Below, piece after piece: positions 9,114 to 18,414 of a stretch of 31,471 nucleotides of DNA. This DNA is from a virus. Lineage: Duplodnaviria > Caudoviricetes. The notes under the pieces were generated by a model that made no database searches, was not told the origin of the DNA, and worked only from the letters and a program-made list of their open reading frames with translations. A program made the position numbers and the translations under genes. The stretch lies in IMG/VR virus record IMGVR_UViG_3300017912_001626, positions 1-31,471 of that record, one strand, 5' to 3'. Within the stretch, counting starts at the first letter, position 1. The number at the start of each line of letters is the position of its first letter.

Positions 9114-9769
9114 TGTTACCTAATCTGATTGTTCCTGTGTTGAACAGGTATGACTTGTTGCGTCGAATGTTTCAATCAATTCACTACCCGGTACGGGACC
9201 TTCTCATTATTGATAATGGTGGCGAGTTCTACGATGTTCTACATTCTGAGTTCGTGCAGAACGTTCGTGTTTTGAATATGCCGAGCAATCTTGGGGTGGC
9301 TTCCTCTTGGAATCTTGGTATCAAGCTATTTCCGCACGATGATCGGTGGTTTTTTGCCTCAAATGATGCTTGGTTTACTGGTAGTGGTCTTGAGAGCCTC
9401 TCAGCGGCCCGTAGAGACGAGATAACCCTTTCTGATGTGTTTCCCTTCTGGCATGTGTTTTGTGTCGGTGAGACCGCCTTCCAGCGCCTCGGTTTTTTCG
9501 ATGAAGCCCTACATCCGGCTTATCACGAAGATAAGGACTATGAGAGGCGTGCAGCGCACGCTGAAGTGCCTGTTCGGAGGATTCCTATTGCTGGTGGGCA
9601 CGATAATTCGTCTACAATTCGGTCAGACAACAATCTTTCCAGCATCAATAACAAAACGTTCCCGGATAACACTTTGTATTACAACAGCAAGATGGCGCGT
9701 GAGGATTATGGTGAGGGGCGTTGGGATTTGCAACGTAGACGCCGTAACAGTTGGGATACGCCACGATAG
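9110..9769 (+). CDS. Glycosyltransferase, GT-A fold (GT2-like)
   Basis: Motifs LIVPVLNR, LLIIDNG, NLGVASSWNLG, GFFDE, YHEDKDY. Confidence 0.85.
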   Translation: MMLPNLIVPVLNRYDLLRRMFQSIHYPVRDLLIIDNGGEFYDVLHSEFVQNVRVLNMPSNLGVASSWNLGIKLFPHDDRWFFASNDAWFTGSGLESLSAARRDEITLSDVFPFWHVFCVGETAFQRLGFFDEALHPAYHEDKDYERRAAHAEVPVRRIPIAGGHDNSSTIRSDNNLSSINNKTFPDNTLYYNSKMAREDYGEGRWDLQRRRRNSWDTPR

Positions 9770-9787
9770 ACTAGATGTGGAGGACTT

Positions 9788-10381
9788 ATGGCGATCACTA
9801 ACGGCTACACTGACCTAACTAATATCAAGCTTTCGCTAGGCATTACTGACTCGGTTGACGATACTTGGCTGGAGATTTGCGTTACCGCAGCTTCACGCGC
9901 TATCGACAACTTCACTGAGCGTGTGTTTTACCAGAGCGAGGGTTCACGAGTTTTCATCCCTTACGACAACTTTATTGTTGAGATTGATGACTTGGCTTCA
10001 CTAACTTCTTTGAAGACTTCTACGAACGTTGATGGTGTGTTTGACCAAACGTGGGATGCGAATGATCGGCAACTGGAACCGTTGAACGGTATCGCTGGCG
10101 GTATCCCTTCCCCGACGACTCACATTCGTGCTGTGGGTGACTACTGGTTCCCGACTGCGGGACAGGAAGCAACAGTGCAGGTGACGGGTACGTTCGGTTG
10201 GTCTGCGGTGCCTGACGCTGTGGAGCAAGCTTGCATTTTGCAGGCAGCGAGGTATTTCAAGCGTGCTGACAGCCCAATGGGTGTTGCTGGGTTTGACGCT
10301 ATGGGCGTGGTTCGGTTGTCTCGTATCGATCCTGACATTGCCACACTATTGGAGCCGTACTGCCGTATTAGGATGGCGTAG
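9788..10381 (+). CDS. Head-to-tail connector/adaptor
   Basis: MAITNGY...AASRAID...GWSAVPDAVEQAC...LLEPY pattern; GGAGG SD. Confidence 0.85.
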   Translation: MAITNGYTDLTNIKLSLGITDSVDDTWLEICVTAASRAIDNFTERVFYQSEGSRVFIPYDNFIVEIDDLASLTSLKTSTNVDGVFDQTWDANDRQLEPLNGIAGGIPSPTTHIRAVGDYWFPTAGQEATVQVTGTFGWSAVPDAVEQACILQAARYFKRADSPMGVAGFDAMGVVRLSRIDPDIATLLEPYCRIRMA

Positions 10382-10383
10382 CC

Positions 10384-10785
10384 GTGGATATTCAGGCAAT
10401 CAGGCAAAGAATCGCCGTGAACCTTGCCACGATTAGTGGTTTGAGGACGGCAGAGAACGTTCCCGACATGGTGAACCCACCTGTCGCTGTAGTCAGTTTG
10501 GAACAGATAGGGTTCGATGGGGCTTTCAACCAGGGTTTGACGACTCTTGAGTTCACAATTTTCGTTGTGGTGTCTCGTGCTGACGAGCGCACAGCGCAAC
10601 GGAAGCTAAACCAGTATGTAGCTGCTACCGGGGACTACAGTATCAAGTCTGCGGTAGAATCGGATAGGAGACTTAATAATCTCGTAGCGGATTTACGGGT
10701 TCGTAGCGTGACTAACATAGGCTCTCTACAACTGGATGATCAGGAATATATGGCGGCGGAGTTTGCTGTCGCTGTTTATGTATAA
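10384..10785 (+). CDS. Putative tail terminator/completion protein
   Basis: Size and position immediately before the major tail gene. Confidence 0.65.
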   Translation: MDIQAIRQRIAVNLATISGLRTAENVPDMVNPPVAVVSLEQIGFDGAFNQGLTTLEFTIFVVVSRADERTAQRKLNQYVAATGDYSIKSAVESDRRLNNLVADLRVRSVTNIGSLQLDDQEYMAAEFAVAVYV

Positions 10786-10796
10786 GGAGAAATAAA

Positions 10797-11207
10797 TTGG
10801 CAAAGTATGTAGTTACAAGCCAAAAGGTAACTGTGAACGGGACTGACGTTTCGGACGCTTGCGCTCGCGCTGAGCTTGTCCTGAACGCTGCTGAGGTCGA
10901 GACTACTGACTTTGGTTCCGCTGGTTGGACTGAGGTTGTGGGTGGCCTTAAGAGTGGTCAGTTGACCCTCGACTTCCACAGCGACTTCGGTGCAGGTGGG
11001 GTTTCTGCCCTGTTCCAGGACCTTGTTGGAACTATTGGAACTGTTGTGGTGATTGCGAACGGAACGGCTGCTTCTGCAACCACACCTGAGTACACCGCTA
11101 ACGTTCTGATTAACAGCTTCACCCCTGTGGCTGGAGCAGTGGGCGACCTCGCCACGTTCTCAGTGACCTTCCCCACCACGGGTGAGGTTGCCTACGCTAC
11201 CACGTAA
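10797..11207 (+). CDS. Major tail (tube) protein
   Basis: Strong AAGGAG SD with TTG start; motifs EVETTDFG and GAVGDLATFSVTFP; biased codon use. Confidence 0.85.
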   Translation: MAKYVVTSQKVTVNGTDVSDACARAELVLNAAEVETTDFGSAGWTEVVGGLKSGQLTLDFHSDFGAGGVSALFQDLVGTIGTVVVIANGTAASATTPEYTANVLINSFTPVAGAVGDLATFSVTFPTTGEVAYATT

Positions 11208-11225
11208 TTGTTGTAAGATTACAAC

Positions 11226-11477
11226 ATGAGAATCAACCTACACATTCAGTTCCAGGACGGTACGTCAAAAACGGTAACTTGTAGCGCCGCTGATCTTGTT
11301 GCTTTCGAGGACAAGTTTGGTATTAGTGTTACGAAGCTGGCTGAGGAAACTCGGATTGGCTGGTTACTGTTTTTGGCGTGGCACGCGGAGAAACGCTCTG
11401 GCGGTACGAAGGCTGACTATGAGAAGTGGCTGGAAACAGTTGAAACCATTGGGGAGTCTGAGGAAGACCCAAAATAG
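11226..11477 (+). CDS. Tail assembly chaperone (G)
   Basis: Follows the major tail gene; ends EEDPK at the slippery site C CCA AAA TAG. Confidence 0.85.
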   Translation: MRINLHIQFQDGTSKTVTCSAADLVAFEDKFGISVTKLAEETRIGWLLFLAWHAEKRSGGTKADYEKWLETVETIGESEEDPK

Positions 11478-11626
11478 TTGGTCTCGGTGAGTCTTCGGCT
11501 CACTGGATGATTGCTGGCCTAGCGGTTGAAACCGGGATTAGTCCTAGAGAGTTGCTACAGCTCGACGACAGGATGCTATGGACCATGCAACGCTGGTTGA
11601 TAGCAAAGAATCTGCCGAGACAGTGA
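11226..11626 (+). CDS. Tail assembly chaperone GT made by -1 frameshift at CCCAAAA (11468-11474)
   Basis: In-frame X XXY YYZ heptamer; the -1 frame is open to TGA at 11626 (IVGLGESSAHWMIAGLAVETGISPRELLQLDDRMLWTMQRWLIAKNLPRQ). Confidence 0.85.
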
Positions 11627-11656
11627 GGAAGCCGCCCCTTCGGGGGCGGTTTTCTT
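11627..11656 (+). terminator. Intrinsic terminator with UUCG loop
   Basis: GCCGCCCC-TTCG-GGGGCGGT followed by TTTCTT. Confidence 0.85.
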
Positions 11657-11690
11657 GTCGGTAGAATAGATGTAGGCGTTAGGCGGTTTT

Positions 11691-12311
11691 ATGGCAGAGA
11701 CTTACAGGGCTGACATCATTGTCAGTGATATGAAGCGTCTTGTGCGTCGCCTGAATGAGATTGAGCCAGAGTTGGCTAAAAATATGCGCCGTGAGTGGAA
11801 AGAACTTGTTGAGCCAGCCCGTCGAGATTTGAGTGACGCAATTAAGGCTGCGGGTAGACCGATGAGTGGTTTCCGCAAGCGCCTCTCCCCCGTGGGTAAG
11901 ACGTGGAATAACCGTGGTCAATCGTCTCGCGTGTTTGTGCAGATGCGTGCCGGTAATCGTGTGATTGCTCAAATGCGAAATCAAACTGTCATGCGTTTGG
12001 TTATCCGTAATGCTGCGACGGTGATTGCGGATATGGCGCGGAAGCGTGCTACTTCGAGTGGGACGAAAACTGATTGGTATGTTTACCCCAATGCTACAAC
12101 TTTTACTAAAAATCAAAAACCCGGTTTCCGTCGCCACACTGTAACCACTCAGGGCGATCAGATGTTGGAAAATCTACAAGGATGGGGTCGTGGCGGTGCT
12201 TCGCGTATTGCTTATCCTTCTGTCGAAAAAACATTACCTGATGTGCGAGACAAACTTCTTACAAACATAAACGAGTACATTGCTTTGACTAATCGAGAGT
12301 TAGGTCCGTAA
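11691..12311 (+). CDS. Basic neck/tail-completion protein (HK97 gp10-like)
   Basis: Arg/Lys-rich with an N-terminal MKRLVRRLNEIEPELAK helix; overlaps the tape measure start. Confidence 0.55.
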   Translation: MAETYRADIIVSDMKRLVRRLNEIEPELAKNMRREWKELVEPARRDLSDAIKAAGRPMSGFRKRLSPVGKTWNNRGQSSRVFVQMRAGNRVIAQMRNQTVMRLVIRNAATVIADMARKRATSSGTKTDWYVYPNATTFTKNQKPGFRRHTVTTQGDQMLENLQGWGRGGASRIAYPSVEKTLPDVRDKLLTNINEYIALTNRELGP

Positions 12312-15229
12312 TGGCTAAATCGCGTCCGTTATCTATACCCGTCATCCTTGGCCTCAAGGGTAAAGGTCTTGATGAGGCTATCAAGGACACTAAGAAGCTT
12401 TCTACGCAACTGGGGAGGCTTTCTGACACTGCTGTAAAGGCTGCTGCTGGTTTTGCGGCTTTCAAAGGTGGGCAACTTGTAGCTGGTTTTGCTCGTGACG
12501 CCATTGACGCTGGTAGAGACCTACAGGTTAACCTGAATGGTTTGCAATCTGTATTTGGTGAGTTCACCCCGACTCTTGTTGAGTTCACGAAGAGTACCGC
12601 CGGTATTGGTCTGTCAATGTCCGAGGCGGCTAAGGCGTCTACATTCCTTGGTTCGGTTCTGAAGCAGTCCGGTTTCTCGATGGAGGAAGTGTCTGAGCAG
12701 ACACAACGCCTTGTCGGTTTGGCTGCTGACCTTTCGCTGACATTCGGTTATGACGTGCAAGAGTCGCTGTTGGCGATGACTGCCCTGTTCCGTGGTGAGT
12801 ATGACCCGATTGAGAAGTTCGGTGTCGCCATGAAGCAGAACGAAATTGAGGGTGAGAAACTTGCCCGAGGTTTGGAAGGGTTGACTGGTTCTGCTGAGCG
12901 TCTTGTTGATCAGCAGATTCGCTTGGAACTGTTGTATGAGCGTGCCTCCGACTCTATGGGCGCTTATGAACGTCAAGCGGGTACGTTGCGGGTTAATCAA
13001 GATCGTTTACGAGCGACTTTTGCAAATATGCAACAAATCTTGGGTACGGCATTATTGCCTGTTGTTGCCGATTTGACAGCTTCTCTTATCCCGCTTGTCG
13101 AAACTATTGGTCCGGTTCTAGCCGCTGCTATGCGTCAAGTTGTTCCAATGTTGGTGGCGTTCTCGCAAAATAGTGAGGGCATTATTCGGACAATGGTCAG
13201 CTTGGTAAAAGTTATTGCCGGTGTTGTAACAATAATATCCACGCTTACTAAATTTGTTATTGACAACATTGAGGTCTTTTCGGTCCTGGCGAAAACCCTA
13301 GTCGTTGTTGGCGGTACTTTATATTCGCTTCGGGTTGGTATTGCGGTTGTCGGTGCATTGCAGTCCACGTTTACTGCATTCAATATCACTTTGGGGTTGA
13401 CCGCTACAGCGCTTAGAAATGTGAAACGGGCGATGCTTGCTATACCCGTTGCCGGAGTTGCTCTCTTTTTGGTCGGTCTTGTCACGGATTTCTTTGGACT
13501 AGGTGCTGCGGCGAAAGAAACAGGCGAAAAAATTGAAGATATGTTTGACGAGGAAGCTCTCCTCGCTGACATTGAGGCTCTTGGCGATCTTACGGCTCAA
13601 GGTGATGCGCTAGCGGAAAGTTTTGATGAGGTAAAAGAAGCCGGTGGTGAAGCCAAAGATGCTGTTGGTGATTTCTACCGCAAACTGTCTAATGAAATTC
13701 AAAAGCAACAGGCCAAGTTGCGTCTTGAACAGATGGGCGCCTCTGCCGGTCTTATTGATTCGATTCTCGGTTCCGGTGAAGACTGGCAGGCTGTTTTCAA
13801 CGATGTTGTGCAACGCGGTATTGCTGGTGTTGCTGATGTGCAAAAACTGTTCCGCGCTACTGCCGCCGGTTTTGACGAGGCGATGGCGCAGTGGGAAGAA
13901 GAGTACGGTGAGCCTTTCCGCCAGTTCAAGGAAGACGCGCTCGCTGCCCGTGACGCACTGATTGAGTTCACTCGGGAGATTGAGATTCTGCCGTCTGTGG
14001 CGGAAACACTCGGTCAGTTTGAGCGCGATGCGGTTGAGAATCTTGCTTCTATTGAGGAGAAGCTTGAGGATGCGTTCGAGAACGGTCAACTGCTTGAGAA
14101 CTCTTATGAGAACTTGTTGCAGTATGCGCGTGACGAGTTCCAGGTGTTGCGTCAGATTGAACGGCAACGTGACGAGATTATTGGTCGCCGTGACGCTGCT
14201 GAGGCGCTTATTGATTCGGTGCAGTCTTCTGTCATGTCGGGTGCTCGCCTGGTTGATGTGCTTGGCAAGGTACAGACTGAGGCTGAGGGTGTTGATGTTG
14301 TTGAGTTCGCTACCCGTACCGTGTCGGCTGGTACAAGCCTCAAAGAGTTCCGTACCGCTTTGTTGTATAACTTTGTGGAGCCGATTGAGAAGGCCAAGTC
14401 AAGAGCTGACGAACTTGTTTCCGGTTACAGGGCTGTTGTTGAACGGACTCGGGAGTTTGTTGACAACCTGAAGGCTTTGCGGGCACTCGGTCTTGATCCG
14501 ATGTTGTTTAACCAGTTGGTTGAGGCTGGTGTTGAGGCTGGTGGTGAGACTGCTAAGGCTCTGGTTGAGGGTGGTTCTGACACTGTAAACGAAATCAACT
14601 CGCTGTTTACTGAGCTTGACACGCTTGGTATGGAGTTGGGTGAGAACACTGCTCAGGTTATGTATGGGCAGGGTGAGAACTTTGTCAACGGTATTGTTGA
14701 GGGTCTTGAGGCTCAGGCTGGTGAGCTGGAGATTAGTGCTCAGTCGATTGCTGAAGCGTTCACGACTACATTCGAGCAAGTCCTTATTGATGGTATTAAT
14801 GCGGCGATTGATGCGGCTGAGGCTGCTATGGCGCGTATGCCTCGCATTGAGGACTTTGTTGGTGATTTGAACTTTACGCCTCCTGGCCCTCCCAGATTAA
14901 CTCCTAGTTCTATTGAAACCCCGGTTGCCGGAACGGGCGCATCAACTGGTTCTCCCGCTGCCAAAATTATTCAAAAAGAAATCGATAAAGCTGTTATATC
15001 TGCTGGAACAGTTCTTAGCGGCGAACCACCAGGGCAAACACGATCTGATTTCAGTGCTGAGCGAAATTTGCAAACTTCGCTAAATAGAAGCACTGGTTCG
15101 ATTGTGAACATTTATACGCAAAGTAGTACAAGGGAAACAGCGAACGCCCTTAACCAACTCAACCGCACAACCGGTAGCTCCCGCACTACAACAAGTGTTC
15201 GGTCCTTATCTGACTTTAGTGTGGGCTAG
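12311..15229 (+). CDS. Tape measure protein
   Basis: Longest ORF (972 aa), Ala-rich and helical, with LAADLS...GEYDPIEKFGV motif and a hydrophobic middle region. Confidence 0.93.
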   Translation: MAKSRPLSIPVILGLKGKGLDEAIKDTKKLSTQLGRLSDTAVKAAAGFAAFKGGQLVAGFARDAIDAGRDLQVNLNGLQSVFGEFTPTLVEFTKSTAGIGLSMSEAAKASTFLGSVLKQSGFSMEEVSEQTQRLVGLAADLSLTFGYDVQESLLAMTALFRGEYDPIEKFGVAMKQNEIEGEKLARGLEGLTGSAERLVDQQIRLELLYERASDSMGAYERQAGTLRVNQDRLRATFANMQQILGTALLPVVADLTASLIPLVETIGPVLAAAMRQVVPMLVAFSQNSEGIIRTMVSLVKVIAGVVTIISTLTKFVIDNIEVFSVLAKTLVVVGGTLYSLRVGIAVVGALQSTFTAFNITLGLTATALRNVKRAMLAIPVAGVALFLVGLVTDFFGLGAAAKETGEKIEDMFDEEALLADIEALGDLTAQGDALAESFDEVKEAGGEAKDAVGDFYRKLSNEIQKQQAKLRLEQMGASAGLIDSILGSGEDWQAVFNDVVQRGIAGVADVQKLFRATAAGFDEAMAQWEEEYGEPFRQFKEDALAARDALIEFTREIEILPSVAETLGQFERDAVENLASIEEKLEDAFENGQLLENSYENLLQYARDEFQVLRQIERQRDEIIGRRDAAEALIDSVQSSVMSGARLVDVLGKVQTEAEGVDVVEFATRTVSAGTSLKEFRTALLYNFVEPIEKAKSRADELVSGYRAVVERTREFVDNLKALRALGLDPMLFNQLVEAGVEAGGETAKALVEGGSDTVNEINSLFTELDTLGMELGENTAQVMYGQGENFVNGIVEGLEAQAGELEISAQSIAEAFTTTFEQVLIDGINAAIDAAEAAMARMPRIEDFVGDLNFTPPGPPRLTPSSIETPVAGTGASTGSPAAKIIQKEIDKAVISAGTVLSGEPPGQTRSDFSAERNLQTSLNRSTGSIVNIYTQSSTRETANALNQLNRTTGSSRTTTSVRSLSDFSVG

Positions 15230-15231
15230 TA

Positions 15232-16455
15232 ATGGCTAACCCAACACTGAAAGTAGAAATCGGTTTTGACCTTACCGATAATCCTGTTGCCGAGTTTTTC
15301 CGCCTTGATGACGCGGTACAGGGCCGGTTGGACAACACAATTTACCGTCTTGGTGGCACATTGTTCTACGATGTCAGTGCTTATGTTATTGCGGTGAACG
15401 CGCAACGAGGCAAATCGGCTGTGCTATCGGACTTCCCGCCTGGTGAATGTAAAGTTGATTTTACGAACCATACTCGGTTGTTTGATCCTTTGAACACGGC
15501 GTCACCGTTTTACCCTGAGATTGTGCCGAGGCGTGAGTTGAGGGTGAGCGCTAATGGTACAGCCGTGTTTTATGGGTGGATTGATGACTGGGATTTGGCG
15601 TATCAACCGTCTGGTGATTCTATTGCGACGGCTAAAGCGACTGATGTGTTGAGTGTTATTGGTGCTCAAACGTTGGACGCTTTCACTCCGTCTGTGGAGA
15701 AGGCTGGTGCGCGTATTGATTCTGTGTTGTCTCGCCCGGAGATTGGTTGGAACGCCGCGGATCGTGACATTGATGAGGGTGCTGTTGATATGGCGGCTAA
15801 CCCTGTTCCTGCGGATACGAACGCTTTGACGTATTTGCAGAACATTGCTGGTTCTGACCCTGGGTATGTGTTTGTGACTGCGGATGGGAAGTTTGCTTTT
15901 CGTGACCGGCGTAAAGCACCTACTTCTGCGACTCTTGTGGAGTTGGGTGAGGGGGGTATCCCGTTTTCGACTATTGGTGTGACGTATGGGTCGGAGTTGT
16001 TGTTTAACCGTGTCACGGCGTCTCGTCAGTTTGGTGGGACCGCGATTGCGTCTAACATTCCTTCGCAGAATTCTTACGGTATTCGTGATTTGACGTTGAA
16101 TAACACTCAGTTGGCGAATGATGCTGATTTGATTGATTTTGTTGTGGGTCAGGCGTCATTGTATTCGCAACCTGAGTACCGGTTTGATAAAACAACTATT
16201 GCTTTGGAGAAACTGTCTCCGACTAACCAGAACGAGATTCTTGGTTTGGAAGTTGGGGATGTTTGTAAGATTGCGTTTACTCCGAACAGTATTGGTGATC
16301 AGATTGTTCGGTATGTTGAGGTGCGGGAAGTGAATCATACGATTGATACTCAGTTCCACACTGTTGAGCTTGGTTTCAATGAAACTCGGTACGCGCCTCT
16401 TGTACTTGATGATGCGGTGTTCGGTAGACTAGATGTAGGCACTCTATCTTGGTAA
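15232..16455 (+). CDS. Minor tail / baseplate hub-like protein
   Basis: Directly after the tape measure gene; GYVFVTADGKFAFRDR motif. Confidence 0.75.
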   Translation: MANPTLKVEIGFDLTDNPVAEFFRLDDAVQGRLDNTIYRLGGTLFYDVSAYVIAVNAQRGKSAVLSDFPPGECKVDFTNHTRLFDPLNTASPFYPEIVPRRELRVSANGTAVFYGWIDDWDLAYQPSGDSIATAKATDVLSVIGAQTLDAFTPSVEKAGARIDSVLSRPEIGWNAADRDIDEGAVDMAANPVPADTNALTYLQNIAGSDPGYVFVTADGKFAFRDRRKAPTSATLVELGEGGIPFSTIGVTYGSELLFNRVTASRQFGGTAIASNIPSQNSYGIRDLTLNNTQLANDADLIDFVVGQASLYSQPEYRFDKTTIALEKLSPTNQNEILGLEVGDVCKIAFTPNSIGDQIVRYVEVREVNHTIDTQFHTVELGFNETRYAPLVLDDAVFGRLDVGTLSW

Positions 16456-16464
16456 GGACCTTTT

Positions 16465-16719
16465 ATGCCATATAAAGTTTGGGCTGTCAATGAGATTTTG
16501 ACTGCGGCTGATGTAAACACTTACATTGGCGATCAGGTTATTTCTACTTTTGCGGGTACTGCTGCACGCGAGTCGGCGATTGGTACTCCGGTGGAGGGCC
16601 AGTTCGCTTTTCTTGAGGATACTGACACGCTGACCTACTATACTGGTAGTGCGTGGACTGAATTTTCTGCTGGTGCTGCTGGCGGGTTTGAAACTAATTT
16701 CTTGTTGATGGGAGCGTAG
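16465..16719 (+). CDS. Minor tail protein
   Basis: EILTAADVNTY...YYTGSAW pattern typical of tail-fibre N-terminal adaptors. Confidence 0.65.
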   Translation: MPYKVWAVNEILTAADVNTYIGDQVISTFAGTAARESAIGTPVEGQFAFLEDTDTLTYYTGSAWTEFSAGAAGGFETNFLLMGA

Positions 16720-16720
16720 G

Positions 16721-17059
16721 TTGGCTACTTCGTATAAAACTTTGGGTCAGTTGGATTTGACTGATGCCACCTTGACAACTCTTTATACTTGTCCTGCGAG
16801 TACGGAGACTGTGATTTCGACGGTGGTTATTGCGAATCGTGCTGCTGCTGCTGATACGTTCCGTTTGGCGATCCGTACTGATGGGGATTCGATTGCTGAT
16901 AAGCATTATGTTGCTTATGATGTGCCTGTTGCGGCTAATGATTCGACTACTTTGACGTTGGGTATTGCGTTAGAGGCGACGGATGTTTTGAGTGTCGCTG
17001 CGGGTGGTACGGCTTCCACATTGTCGGTCAACGCTTTCGGTGCTGAAGTAGCCGTCTAA
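16721..17059 (+). CDS. Minor virion protein
   Basis: Beta-rich (TLYTCPA...NAFGAE); GGAG SD; in the tail cluster. Confidence 0.65.
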   Translation: MATSYKTLGQLDLTDATLTTLYTCPASTETVISTVVIANRAAAADTFRLAIRTDGDSIADKHYVAYDVPVAANDSTTLTLGIALEATDVLSVAAGGTASTLSVNAFGAEVAV

Positions 17060-17073
17060 GGGGGTAGCAACTA

Positions 17074-17961
17074 ATGGCTGTTACCAGACTTCGCCGGTCA
17101 AGTATCACAACGACTGACAAGTTCAACCGGATGTCGGGTGCGCCGACAACTCCCGCACCCGCGGTTATCTCTGGAACTACAGGTTCTCCCACAGTGGACA
17201 CAGTGACTTCCGGTGGAACTACTTACAATGTTTATTCGTTCACTGGGTCTGGTTCGATTACTTTCAGTGAGCCTGGGTTTGCTGAGCTTTTGATGATTGG
17301 TGGCGGTGGCGGTGGAGGCGAGGGCCGTGGCGGTGGCGGTGGAGCCGGTGGCTATTTGCCGGTTTCTAGCGCATACTTTTCCGCTGCGACTCACACGGTT
17401 ACAGTGGGGGCTGGTGGGGCTGGTGCTGTTCCTCAAAGCAATGAGGGAGAGCATGGCAATAACGGTAACTCATCACGCTTAGGAGACTTCTATGCGCCTG
17501 GTGGTGGTGGGGGTTCTTCGTATTCTCGCGACTCAGGCGGAGGACAACAAGCAAGCCCTGGCCTCAATGGTGCATCAGGTGGTGGCGCTGGAGGAAAAAA
17601 CACTGGAAGCGGTGAATCTGGCGGTTTAGGCTTTTCACCCATTGGCAACGCTGGTGGCACATCAAACGACAACGGCGGTGGCGGCGGAGGCTCCTCAACC
17701 GCTGGCGCTAACGATAGTGGTACTGGAGGAAACGGCGGTGACGGCACAGCATCCTCAATCACAGGGGCCTCTGTCACGCGAGCCGGTGGAGGTGGAGGCT
17801 CACCTTCTGGCTCTGGTGGAACAGGTGGAGGCGGAGCAGGCTCGAGTTCCACAACAGCAGGAAGCGGAACAGCTAACACTGGATCAGGCGGAGGCGGAAC
17901 AACCTCAGGCACTTCTGGTTCAGGTGGCTCAGGAATTGTGATTGTGAGGGTAGCGGTCTAA
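17074..17961 (+). CDS. Glycine-rich tail fibre / receptor-binding candidate
   Basis: GGGGGG tracts and a terminal GGSGIVIVR motif. Confidence 0.75.
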   Translation: MAVTRLRRSSITTTDKFNRMSGAPTTPAPAVISGTTGSPTVDTVTSGGTTYNVYSFTGSGSITFSEPGFAELLMIGGGGGGGEGRGGGGGAGGYLPVSSAYFSAATHTVTVGAGGAGAVPQSNEGEHGNNGNSSRLGDFYAPGGGGGSSYSRDSGGGQQASPGLNGASGGGAGGKNTGSGESGGLGFSPIGNAGGTSNDNGGGGGGSSTAGANDSGTGGNGGDGTASSITGASVTRAGGGGGSPSGSGGTGGGGAGSSSTTAGSGTANTGSGGGGTTSGTSGSGGSGIVIVRVAV

Positions 17962-18221
17962 TGGCTCATTTTGCGCGAATAGATTCCGAGAACAAGGTGC
18001 AAGAAGTTATTGTTGTGAACAATGATGTGCTGCTGGATGATGAGGGTGTTGAGCAGGAGGCGCTTGGTCAGGCTTTCATCACTTCCCTCAATATGCAGGG
18101 GACTTGGTTGCAGTGTTCCTACAATGCGAGCATGAGGGGTGTGTTCCCTGGTTTCGGTTTTACTTATGTTGCTGAGCTTGATCAGTTTGTTGCACCTGTT
18201 GTAGAACCTATCGAGGCGTAG
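17961..18221 (+). CDS. Hypothetical partner of the glycine-rich protein
   Basis: MAHFARID...WLQCSYN...GFTY pattern; TAATG overlap. Confidence 0.7.
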   Translation: MAHFARIDSENKVQEVIVVNNDVLLDDEGVEQEALGQAFITSLNMQGTWLQCSYNASMRGVFPGFGFTYVAELDQFVAPVVEPIEA

Positions 18222-18224
18222 ATT

Positions 18225-18305
18225 GTGAAGCTCTCCCCGCCCTGGCCTGAGGGATACAACATTAATGCTCGAAGCCCTTATGGGTGGAAGGAAAAAAAAC
18301 TATGA
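18225..18305 (+). pseudogene. Truncated copy of the endolysin 5' end (MKLSPPWPEGYNINARSPYGWKEKKL*)
   Basis: 18225-18290 matches 18415-18480 at 57 of 66 nt. Confidence 0.8.
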
Positions 18306-18412
18306 CCGAGAGAAGATGCCCAATGGGCTCCTGTCAGCAACCGCACGAATGTAAAGGCGGCGCTTGCGGAGTCGAGTGCGAAGGGCATTTTTGCGCTGAA
18401 GTAGTGGTGTAA
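18302..18412 (+). CDS. Cys/His-rich microprotein, 36 aa (MTERRCPMGSCQQPHECKGGACGVECEGHFCAEVVV)
   Basis: AAGGA SD; stop 2 nt before the endolysin start; 6 Cys and 2 His. Confidence 0.55.
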   Translation: MTERRCPMGSCQQPHECKGGACGVECEGHFCAEVVV

Positions 18413-18414
18413 TC

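Noticed and set aside
11656-11677. TGTCGG as another PafBC promoter
   Set aside because: No TANNNT at 10-nt spacing; the site is better explained by the TAGAATAGATG motif.
17490-17912. Proline-rich - strand ORF, or collagen-like repeat
   Set aside because: It mirrors the poly-Gly codons on the + strand; the + protein has Gly runs and no Gly-X-Y triplets.
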